A stretch of DNA of 64,000 bases from the NCBI GenBank assembly GCA_027068075.1, contig JAMOUJ010000006.1, forward strand, positions 218,706 through 282,705, given 5' to 3'. The notes beneath the pieces are model-generated. The model worked only from the letters and a program-made list of their open reading frames with translations. It was not told the origin of the DNA and ran no database searches. This DNA comes from Candidatus Aminicenantes bacterium (GTDB lineage Bacteria; Acidobacteriota; Aminicenantia; S016-38). The stretch's first letter is position 1; each line of letters begins with the position of its first letter. The position numbers and the translations under genes are program-made. Below, in pieces: positions 9,793 to 16,813 of this stretch.

Positions 9793-11106
9793 CTATCCAA
9801 TCATAACATTTTCGTAGGGAAGGGTGAACCTTCCCCGGGACCTTCTCACCAGGGAGGAGAGAATGGTGAGGGGACCCACCCTCCCCACATACATGGACAC
9901 GATTATGATGATCTTTCCCAGGGGAGAGAGTTTGGGGGTTATTCCTGTGGAAAGCCCCACGGTTCCCATGGCGGACATCTCCTCAAAGGCCAGTTGGAGG
10001 AAGGAGAAGTTTTCCGTGAGGGAGAGCAGGAAGGTGGAGAAAAAGTGGAAGGAGATGAAAAAGACCATGAGGACCAGGGCCCTCTCTATGGCCTCCTCCT
10101 TTATGCCCCTTCCAAAGACCTGAACCTGGTCCTTCTTGGTGAGGATCTTCCTCATGGCCAGAAATCCCAAGAAACCGGTGGTGGTTTTTACACCGCCTCC
10201 GGTGGAGCCCGGTGATGCCCCTATGAACATGAGCCATATTAAAAGAAGCAAACTCGGCAGGGAGAGGGAGGCGATGTCCACGGTGTTGAAACCGGCGGTC
10301 CTGGGGGTTATGGCCTGAAACAAGGAGGCCAGGATTTTCCCCTTGAGGGAGAAACCGCTGAAGGCCCGGTTGAATTCTATGGCAAAGAGGAGAACGGTTC
10401 CCCACAGGATCAAAAAGGCGCTGCTGGCCAGGACCATTTTTGTGTGGAGGGATAGATGCTCCCTTTTCCTCAAGAATTTCTCTTTGAGGTCCCAGAAGAC
10501 GAAGAATCCCACCCCTCCCACCACGATGAGGGTCAATATGACGGCGTTTACCCAAACATCCTCCCGCCACGCCATCAAACTGTCGGAAAAGATGGAAAAG
10601 CCGGCGTTGCAGAAGGCGGATATGGAGTGAAAAACCGAGGCGAAAAGGGAGTAGGCCGCCGGAAATCGGGTGGAAAAGCGGGGATATAGGAGCACTGCTC
10701 CCAGGGCCTCCACCGAGAAGGTATATAAGAGGATGTTTTTCAGAAAAAGGCTGAAGTTTCCCAATCCCGTGGGGGTGAAACTCTGCTGGAGGGCCGAGCG
10801 GCTCAGGATGCTCACCCCCCTTCCCATGAACAAGAATATTATGGAGGAAAAGGTCATAAGCCCCAGGCCCCCTAATTGAAGGAGGGCTAATATTACCATT
10901 TGACCGAAGAGGGTAAAATCCTTTCCCGTGTCCTTGACTATGAGTCCGGTGACGCATACGGCGGAGGTGGAGGTAAAGAGGGCGTCAATGTAGGACAATC
11001 TTTCCCCCCTGGAGGCGGCCGGAAGGGAAAGGAGAATGGACCCTATCAGAATGGCCACGGCGAAACTTATAAGGAGAAGTCTTTCCGGGGTTATTTTTTT
11101 CTTCAT
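9793..11106 (-). CDS. ktrB: Ktr/Trk potassium uptake membrane subunit
   Basis: Four pore motifs SAVCVTGL, SAFCNAGF, RTAGF, SAMGTVGLS; also GASPGSTGGG.K. Confidence 0.93.
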   Translation of the reverse strand: MKKKITPERLLLISFAVAILIGSILLSLPAASRGERLSYIDALFTSTSAVCVTGLIVKDTGKDFTLFGQMVILALLQLGGLGLMTFSSIIFLFMGRGVSILSRSALQQSFTPTGLGNFSLFLKNILLYTFSVEALGAVLLYPRFSTRFPAAYSLFASVFHSISAFCNAGFSIFSDSLMAWREDVWVNAVILTLIVVGGVGFFVFWDLKEKFLRKREHLSLHTKMVLASSAFLILWGTVLLFAIEFNRAFSGFSLKGKILASLFQAITPRTAGFNTVDIASLSLPSLLLLIWLMFIGASPGSTGGGVKTTTGFLGFLAMRKILTKKDQVQVFGRGIKEEAIERALVLMVFFISFHFFSTFLLSLTENFSFLQLAFEEMSAMGTVGLSTGITPKLSPLGKIIIIVSMYVGRVGPLTILSSLVRRSRGRFTLPYENVMIG

Positions 11107-11597
11107 TTCAACCACCTCATCCTTGAAGGGGGCCAGAATACCGCCAGGGCCTTCCCTTCAATGTAATCGGCGGGGACCAGCCATCCGTTCCTGCTGTCGT
11201 TGCTCACCTCAGAATTGTCTCCCAAAACGAAGAAAAATCCAAGAGGAATTTTCACCTTCAGTCTCAGTTGTTTCTGGATGCTTAGGCAGTGTCGTTTTAC
11301 CGGGGAATTGTTGACTATCAACCTCCCCCGGGAAATTTCTATGGTTTCCCCCGGGAGTCCCACCACCCTTTTTATGAAACTCTTCTGAGGGTTCACGGGG
11401 TAAAGAAATACCACTATGTCGCACCTCTTGATGGCGGGCGGGGGAAATTTTATCACCAGGATTCTTTCCCCGGGGAGGATGGTGGGGGCCATGCTAAGGC
11501 CCTGTACGGTAAATTCTCCGAAAAACAACTGATTTATCAATAGGAAAAGGATGGAGGCTAACAGGAGGTCTATGGCGAGTTTCTTTAAAAACCTCAA
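11103..11597 (-). CDS. lepB: Signal peptidase I
   Basis: One N-terminal TM helix, catalytic Ser (GLSMAPT) and Lys (FIKRVVGLPGE), GDN..S.DSR. TTG start. Confidence 0.9.
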   Translation of the reverse strand: MRFLKKLAIDLLLASILFLLINQLFFGEFTVQGLSMAPTILPGERILVIKFPPPAIKRCDIVVFLYPVNPQKSFIKRVVGLPGETIEISRGRLIVNNSPVKRHCLSIQKQLRLKVKIPLGFFFVLGDNSEVSNDSRNGWLVPADYIEGKALAVFWPPSRMRWLK

Positions 11598-11607
11598 AAA
11601 AAAGAAA

Positions 11608-11685
11608 TGGCGGGGCCGACGGGATTTGAACCCGCGACCTCTGGCGTGACAGGCCAGCGCTCTAACCGGGTTGAGCTACGACCCC
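11608..11685 (-). tRNA. tRNA-Asp (GTC), CCA encoded
   Basis: GGGGTCGTAGCTCAACCCGGTTAGAGCGCTGGCCT-GTC-ACGCCAGAGGTCGCGGGTTCAAATCCCGTCGGCCCCGCCA folds as a cloverleaf. Confidence 0.97.
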
Positions 11686-11692
11686 GCTACAC

Positions 11693-11764
11693 TGGGCGGT
11701 AGAGGACTTGAACCTCTGGCCCCCGGCTTGTAAGGCCAGTGCTCTACCACTGAGCTAACCGCCC
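11693..11764 (-). tRNA. tRNA-Val (TAC), CCA not encoded
   Basis: GGGCGGTTAGCTCAGTGGTAGAGCACTGGCCT-TAC-AAGCCGGGGGCCAGAGGTTCAAGTCCTCTACCGCCCA folds as a cloverleaf. Confidence 0.96.
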
Positions 11765-11772
11765 AATGGCCT

Positions 11773-11801
11773 ATTTTATAAGAAGCCACCGGGTTTGTCA
11801 A
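11773..11801 (-). promoter_or_regulatory. sigma70-type promoter of the tRNA-Val/tRNA-Asp(-lepB-ktrBA) unit, lying inside the 3' end of the H-NOX gene
   Basis: TTGACA-N17-TAAAAT ending 8 nt before the tRNA-Val 5' end. Confidence 0.8.
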
Positions 11802-12336
11802 CTTCTCCAGAAAAATTAGGGAAGGTTATCCTCACCCTGTTGCCGTCCAGGACTTCTATTTCCAGGGGAGTGTTGAAGAGTTTTCCCACCCCCTTCAGGG
11901 CTCCCAGGAAAATTCCCATAAGGCCCCGATGGGATTTGTAGGTCATGATAAGGGTGTTGGGGCCTTCCCATTGATAGGAGAACCGGGGAGGCCGGGCCTC
12001 TGGAATGTTGGTGGTTACCCTGCGGTGGATTTCGTCCATTTTCAGCAGGAATTCTCTGGCGTTGGTAATTCCCCGGTAATAGGGCTTGTAGACCTTTCTG
12101 GTGTAAACCGTCACCCAGTATTCCCCGAAGGCATCTGCCAATTCCTCCGGGGTCATGTTCAGGTGTCTGGACATGGAGTTCAGGATGGCCAGGACGGTTT
12201 CGTCGGGGATGTTTTCCCCCACGGAGAAGGTTTTTCCCACGGGAAGCCCTGCTCCGTCAAGTATGTCATACCATTTCTCCTGGCCGAAGTGTTCCACCAC
12301 CAGATCCCTTATGGCGTCAACTATGCAACCCTTCAT
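11776..12336 (-). CDS. H-NOX (heme NO/O2-binding) domain protein, copy 2
   Basis: MKG.I N-terminus, FGEYW, proximal His (MDEIH), conserved Pro (RPPRF), heme-binding YxSxR (YKSHR), GALKGVGK.F. Confidence 0.92.
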   Translation of the reverse strand: MKGCIVDAIRDLVVEHFGQEKWYDILDGAGLPVGKTFSVGENIPDETVLAILNSMSRHLNMTPEELADAFGEYWVTVYTRKVYKPYYRGITNAREFLLKMDEIHRRVTTNIPEARPPRFSYQWEGPNTLIMTYKSHRGLMGIFLGALKGVGKLFNTPLEIEVLDGNRVRITFPNFSGEVDKPGGFL

Positions 12337-12346
12337 GGCGAGTTTC

Positions 12347-12739
12347 TTAAATTTCCCCCAGGTCCTTCAGGGCCTCCAGGAAGGAGACCTCGTATTTCTT
12401 CATGATGACTCTGGCCAGGCCCAGGTTTCCCTGCCTGCTTATGGCCACTCCGTGATAATGTCTGCTCCCGAGGTGGCGGAGAAGAAGGTAGATTTTATCG
12501 GTGGTTATTAGAATGTCCTCGGTTTCTCCCACCACCTCCGGTCCTCCCAGAAGTTCCAGGGCCTTGTTGTTTTCCTTCAGAACCTCGGCGTATGTGGCGG
12601 AGCCCACGGTCACATCAAACTGGGGGTTGGTGGAAAAGGAGGCCAGGGCCAGTCCGGAATCAATGCTGGCTATGGCGGTCCCCACCAGTTCAGGTATTTC
12701 CTCAGCGCATTTTTTCAATATCTCCTGAAGATTTGGCAT
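12347..12739 (-). CDS. Roadblock/LC7 (MglB-like) domain protein, stand-alone copy
   Basis: 130 aa. IxSG..LA N-terminus, EDILITT...Y.L.R, GNLGLAR pattern typical of roadblock-like proteins. GGAGGT SD. Confidence 0.75.
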   Translation of the reverse strand: MPNLQEILKKCAEEIPELVGTAIASIDSGLALASFSTNPQFDVTVGSATYAEVLKENNKALELLGGPEVVGETEDILITTDKIYLLLRHLGSRHYHGVAISRQGNLGLARVIMKKYEVSFLEALKDLGEI

Positions 12740-12771
12740 CTTAACTTACCTCCACTTAAAGAATCATATTT

Positions 12772-12799
12772 ATTGTAACACCTTTTTTGATTTTGTAAA
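12772..12799 (-). promoter_or_regulatory. sigma70-type promoter for the roadblock/H-NOX copy 2
   Basis: TTTACA-N16-TACAAT with extended -10 TG, in a very AT-rich spacer. Confidence 0.65.
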
Positions 12800-12859
12800 A
12801 ATTTTAAAAACTTACTTAAAATTCTGGCCTCACCTCCGCCGTGGTTTTTCCGGGTTTAA

Positions 12860-13384
12860 CTATTCGGGAAACACTATCCTGACTTCGTTTTCAGATATCT
12901 GCTCCACCTTGAGTGGGGTGCGGAAGAACTTTCCCACCCCTTTCACCAGGCCCGTGAAGATGCCCACAAGCCCCCGGGGGGATTTGTATTTCATTATGAG
13001 GGTGTTGGGGCCTTCCCATCGGTATTCAAACCTGGGGGGATGGGCGTTGGGGATGTTCTGGGTTGCCTTGCGGTGAATTTCGTCCATCTTGGACAGGAGT
13101 TCCTTGGCGCTGGTTATGCCCCGGTAATAGGGCTTGTAAACCTTGGGCATGTAAACCGTCACCCAGTATTCCCCGAAGGCATCAGCCACCTCTTCCGGGG
13201 AAAGGTTCAGGGTCTTTGATATGGATTCCACCACCGCCAGGATGGTTTCGTCCGGAACATCCTCCCTCAGGGAGAAGGTGGTAGTCCGATCAAGGCCTGC
13301 GTTTTCCAGGATGTCCTTCCACTTGTCCATCCCGAAGTTTTCAATGACCAGGTCCTTGATGGCGTCTATGATAACGCCCTTCAT
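12860..13384 (-). CDS. H-NOX domain protein, copy 1
   Basis: MKGVI, FGEYW, MDEIH, HPPRF, YKSPR. GGAGG SD. Confidence 0.92.
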   Translation of the reverse strand: MKGVIIDAIKDLVIENFGMDKWKDILENAGLDRTTTFSLREDVPDETILAVVESISKTLNLSPEEVADAFGEYWVTVYMPKVYKPYYRGITSAKELLSKMDEIHRKATQNIPNAHPPRFEYRWEGPNTLIMKYKSPRGLVGIFTGLVKGVGKFFRTPLKVEQISENEVRIVFPE

Positions 13385-13396
13385 ATCATGCCTCCA

Positions 13397-14524
13397 TTAG
13401 ATTTCGCCCAGTTCTTTCAGGGCTTCCAGGAAGGCTATCTCGTATTTTTTCATTATCACCCTGGCCAACCCCAGATTACCCTTTCTGGTCATGGCCACTC
13501 CCTGGTAATGTTTCTCACCCAACTGTCTCACCAGGATGTAGACCTTGTCGGTGGTTATGAGGATGTCTTCGGTTTCTCCCACCACCTCCGCTCCTCCCAG
13601 GAGTTCCAGGGCCCTGTTGTTCTGTTTTAGCACCTCCGCGTAAACAGCGGAAGCCACGGTGTCGTCAAAACTGGGATCCGAGGAATATGTGGCTATGGGC
13701 ATGCCGGATTCAATGTTCACTATGGAAGTTGCCAGAATTTCTGGAATTTCTCCCGCCGACTTTTCCAGGATTTTTTGGATTTCAGACATTTTATCACCTC
13801 CTTTGATAATCACCTCAAATTCTTCCTTCTCCCTGGTCCTCTCCTCGTCCTTGTACCTGGCGGCCTCCAGGACCAGGTGCATGATGTTCTCCCCTATCAA
13901 GCCATCCCTTTCTTCCCTGTAGGGTTCCGATGAGAAGGTTCCCCCCTCCCACTTCATCATCTCCATGAAGGCATCCATTCCCAGGAGGCCTCCTTCGGTT
14001 TTTGCCCAGACCACCTTTCCGTTCTTTATGCCCATTTCACCCTTGAATCCGATGGAATTTTCCACATTGAGCACCACATCCTTGTTGTAGAAGGACAGGA
14101 ACTGAAGGATGTCCACCAGTTCAAGGTCGCTCAGGGAGACCTCAAAGCCCTTGGTCTGGAAAATTTTTCCGATAATCCTCAGCAGTTGGTTCAGGTCCAC
14201 GGGCTTTTCAATGTAGAGGAGGGCTCCGGATTTCTTGGCCTTTTCCTTGAAGGCCGGGGATCCGTAGGCGGTAATGAGGATGACCCTGGTCTGGGGCATG
14301 TTTTCCCTCACCCAGAGGAGAAGTTCAAACCCGTCCTTGCCTGGCAGTTTTATGTCGGAGATAACCAGGTCCACGGGATGTTTTTTCAAAAACTCCACCG
14401 CCTCCTCGTAACTGTAGGCCCCGTAGCATTCCAGTTTTTTGCTCAAAAATTCCATCATGGAAAGGGTTATGTTGACTTCGTCGTCCACGATGAGAACTTT
14501 GGGTTTCTTCTTACGCTTAGCCAT
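13397..14524 (-). CDS. Response regulator: REC + DUF4388/PATAN + C-terminal roadblock domain
   Basis: REC: VLIVDDE, DLVISDIKLPGKDG, ITAYG, EKP. PATAN-like: L.D.LQ.L...G.M...NG.VVWA....G.DAF.EM..W.GG.F...LVLEAAR..DE. The last 130 aa are paralogous to 12347-12739. Confidence 0.85.
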   Translation of the reverse strand: MAKRKKKPKVLIVDDEVNITLSMMEFLSKKLECYGAYSYEEAVEFLKKHPVDLVISDIKLPGKDGFELLLWVRENMPQTRVILITAYGSPAFKEKAKKSGALLYIEKPVDLNQLLRIIGKIFQTKGFEVSLSDLELVDILQFLSFYNKDVVLNVENSIGFKGEMGIKNGKVVWAKTEGGLLGMDAFMEMMKWEGGTFSSEPYREERDGLIGENIMHLVLEAARYKDEERTREKEEFEVIIKGGDKMSEIQKILEKSAGEIPEILATSIVNIESGMPIATYSSDPSFDDTVASAVYAEVLKQNNRALELLGGAEVVGETEDILITTDKVYILVRQLGEKHYQGVAMTRKGNLGLARVIMKKYEIAFLEALKELGEI

Positions 14525-14536
14525 CGCCCTTAAACA

Positions 14537-14552
14537 AGCAAAAAACTTGCCA
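14537..14552 (-). promoter_or_regulatory. sigma54 (-24/-12) promoter for the REC-PATAN-roadblock / H-NOX operon
   Basis: TGGCAAGTTTTTTGCT, i.e. GG-N10-GC in TGGCA...TTGCT context, immediately upstream of ATG 14524. Confidence 0.8.
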
Positions 14553-14572
14553 GAATTCCTCCGCTCCAGTCC

Positions 14573-14600
14573 TTGCCTTTTCGTCGCCGTGTGGTAAAAT
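14573..14600 (+). promoter_or_regulatory. sigma70-type promoter of the histidine kinase / sigma54 activator operon (probably leaderless)
   Basis: TTGCCT-N16-TAAAAT with extended -10 TG, 7 nt before ATG 14608. No SD. Confidence 0.6.
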
Positions 14601-14607
14601 TTTTTCC

Positions 14608-15513
14608 ATGGAAGATTTGCTACCCACAAACTTGGTGGGGGTTTTTTGTCAGAGGGAGGATGGGATAACCCTTTATCCAAAGGACTTTGAAAGGCTTTTT
14701 TCTCCAGAGAAGGAGAGGATCCTTCAGGAAATAGAAACTGGAAAGAAAAGTGTCACCTTCGGAAGTTGGGACTGGGAAGTCTTTGATGTTACCGAAGGGG
14801 TGGGCGACGGAGAGATTTACAAACTGCTCATCTTCGTTCCCCTCAACAGGGAAATGACCCACATATATTCCATGATAATCCACGAACTGAAAAACCCCAT
14901 AGCGGCCATAAGAGCCATGGTCCAGGTGATGGAAACCAGCATTCTGGAAGGCACCCTGGCCAGGGACAAATTGCTCCAGTATTCCTCGCTGATCCTGGAG
15001 GAGATAGACCGAATGAACCGGTTGCTTTCCTCCATAATAAAACTGGCGAAGCCCCGCACCAAGTTCCAATATCGTTTTGACCTGGTGGAGGAAGTTAAAA
15101 AGGCCATGGGAACCTGGAGCGAGGAGTTTCGGGCTCGGGGGATAAAAATGGTTCTGGTTTCCAATGTGGAGAAGGTGTTTTTCCTGGGCAATCCCGACGA
15201 AATACACCAGATAATCAACAACCTATTGAGGAATTCCAGGGAAGCCTTAGAAGGGGTAAAGAAGCCCAGGGTGGAGGTGAATTTGTGGGATAAGGGGAGC
15301 GAAATCCTCCTCACCGTGAAAGACAACGGCCGTGGAATTCCTCCGGATGTTCTTCAGAAAATAAAAACTTCCTTCTACTCCTCCAAGCCCCACGGACTGG
15401 GGTTGGGTCTCTTCGTGGTGAAGAGCATCGTGAGAAGGTATCGGGGAACCATAAGCATCAATTCGGAGCCCGGAAAGGGCTGCGAGGTGGTGGTTCGTTT
15501 TCCCAAGCGATGA
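14608..15513 (+). CDS. Soluble sensor histidine kinase (short N-terminal domain, HisKA, HATPase)
   Basis: H-box IIHELKNP, N-box NNLLRNS.EA, DNGRGI, FYSSK, GLGLGL. No hydrophobic TM stretch. Confidence 0.92.
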   Translation: MEDLLPTNLVGVFCQREDGITLYPKDFERLFSPEKERILQEIETGKKSVTFGSWDWEVFDVTEGVGDGEIYKLLIFVPLNREMTHIYSMIIHELKNPIAAIRAMVQVMETSILEGTLARDKLLQYSSLILEEIDRMNRLLSSIIKLAKPRTKFQYRFDLVEEVKKAMGTWSEEFRARGIKMVLVSNVEKVFFLGNPDEIHQIINNLLRNSREALEGVKKPRVEVNLWDKGSEILLTVKDNGRGIPPDVLQKIKTSFYSSKPHGLGLGLFVVKSIVRRYRGTISINSEPGKGCEVVVRFPKR

Positions 15514-16751
15514 GCGACATTCTGATAATAGAAGACGATGGGGCCTTTGCCCTGGCCCTTCAGGATTATTTATCCTCCCGGGGATTTACGGTGGATGTGG
15601 TTTTTTCAGCCCGCAGGGCCCTGGATGTGGTCAGGTGGAATCCCCCCAGGGTGGTAATTCTTGACCTCTTCCTTCCCGACGCCAACGGCCTGGACCTCAT
15701 TCCTGAACTTTCCACGGCAGGGGTTTTCATCGTGGTGATCACCGGTTCAGAGGAGGTAAGGCTGGCGGTGGAGGCCATGAGGAGGGGGGCCCACGATTTT
15801 TTGGTCAAGCCCGTGGACCTGGAGGCCCTGGCCCTGAAACTGGAAAGAAATTTTCCAGCGGAATCGGAGCACGGCCTCGTGGGGAATTCCCCGGCCATGA
15901 GGAGGGTGGTGGAGGAAGCGAAACTGGCTTCACGCGGCAGGGCCAGCGTCCTCATCCTGGGGGAGACCGGGGTGGGCAAGGAGGAGGTGGCCCGGGCCAT
16001 TTACAGGTTGTCGGGTAGAAGGGGTAAGTTCGTGGCAGTGAACGCTTCGGCGGTTCCCGAGGCCCTCTTTGAATCCGAACTCTTCGGTCATAAGAGAGGG
16101 GCCTTCACCGGGGCCTCCTATTCCAAGAAGGGCCTTCTGGAGGAAGCCCACGGCGGGGTTTTCTTTCTGGACGAAATCTCCGAAATGCCACCTCACCTTC
16201 AGGCGAAACTCCTGAGGGTTCTGGAGACCAGGAGGCTCCGCAGGCTGGGTGAGACCCGGGATGTAGAGGTGGACTTTAAGTTTATAGCGTCTTCCAACCT
16301 GAGCCTGGACGGGGTCCGTCAGCGGTTGAGGGAGGATTTATTCTACAGGATATCCACCTTCATCATAGAAATACCTCCCCTGAGGGAAAGGAAAGAAGAC
16401 ATACTTCCCCTGGCCAAGCATTTTCTGAGGGAGTTCGGAAGGGACAAGGGGATATTCGGGTTGAGCCCCGCCGCCGAGGAACTTCTACAAAACTATCCGT
16501 GGCCCGGAAATGTTCGGGAACTGAGAAACGAAATAGAAAGGGCATGTATAGTTTGTGGCGGCAAACAGTTGGAGCCATCGCATTTCAGTCCCAACATAAG
16601 GTCCCGGACCAGAATTTTGACCCTGGAGGAGATGGAGAGGGAATACATAAAAAAGGTGGTTCAACTCTGCGGTGGGAACAAGAGCAAGGCCGCCAGGCTC
16701 CTGGGAATTTCCCGGCCCACCCTCCGCAGGAAACTTTCCGGCAAGCCTTGA
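15510..16751 (+). CDS. NtrC-family sigma54-dependent response regulator (REC-AAA+-Fis HTH)
   Basis: ILIIEDD and ILDLFLPD (REC), GETGVGKE, ESELFGH.RGAFTGA, FLDEI, WPGNVREL, GGNKSKAARLLGISRPTLRRKL. Confidence 0.95.
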   Translation: MSDILIIEDDGAFALALQDYLSSRGFTVDVVFSARRALDVVRWNPPRVVILDLFLPDANGLDLIPELSTAGVFIVVITGSEEVRLAVEAMRRGAHDFLVKPVDLEALALKLERNFPAESEHGLVGNSPAMRRVVEEAKLASRGRASVLILGETGVGKEEVARAIYRLSGRRGKFVAVNASAVPEALFESELFGHKRGAFTGASYSKKGLLEEAHGGVFFLDEISEMPPHLQAKLLRVLETRRLRRLGETRDVEVDFKFIASSNLSLDGVRQRLREDLFYRISTFIIEIPPLRERKEDILPLAKHFLREFGRDKGIFGLSPAAEELLQNYPWPGNVRELRNEIERACIVCGGKQLEPSHFSPNIRSRTRILTLEEMEREYIKKVVQLCGGNKSKAARLLGISRPTLRRKLSGKP

Positions 16752-16813
16752 AAACCCCGGAAAAATTTAGTATACAATAAGTTCACTTTTTATAACGATG
16801 CCAGGAGGAATTA

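Larger units (their letters stand above)
11810..13790 (-). repeat. Diverged tandem duplication of an approximately 1.05-kb roadblock + H-NOX unit
   Basis: Roadblock copies are 89/130 identical by hand alignment. Identical 34-nt tract at 12102-12135 and 13150-13183 (offset 1048). Confidence 0.9.

Noticed and set aside
16751..16813. sigma54 promoter for the TonB-dependent receptor
   Set aside because: No GG-N10-GC in the correct orientation; only a sigma70-like element is present.
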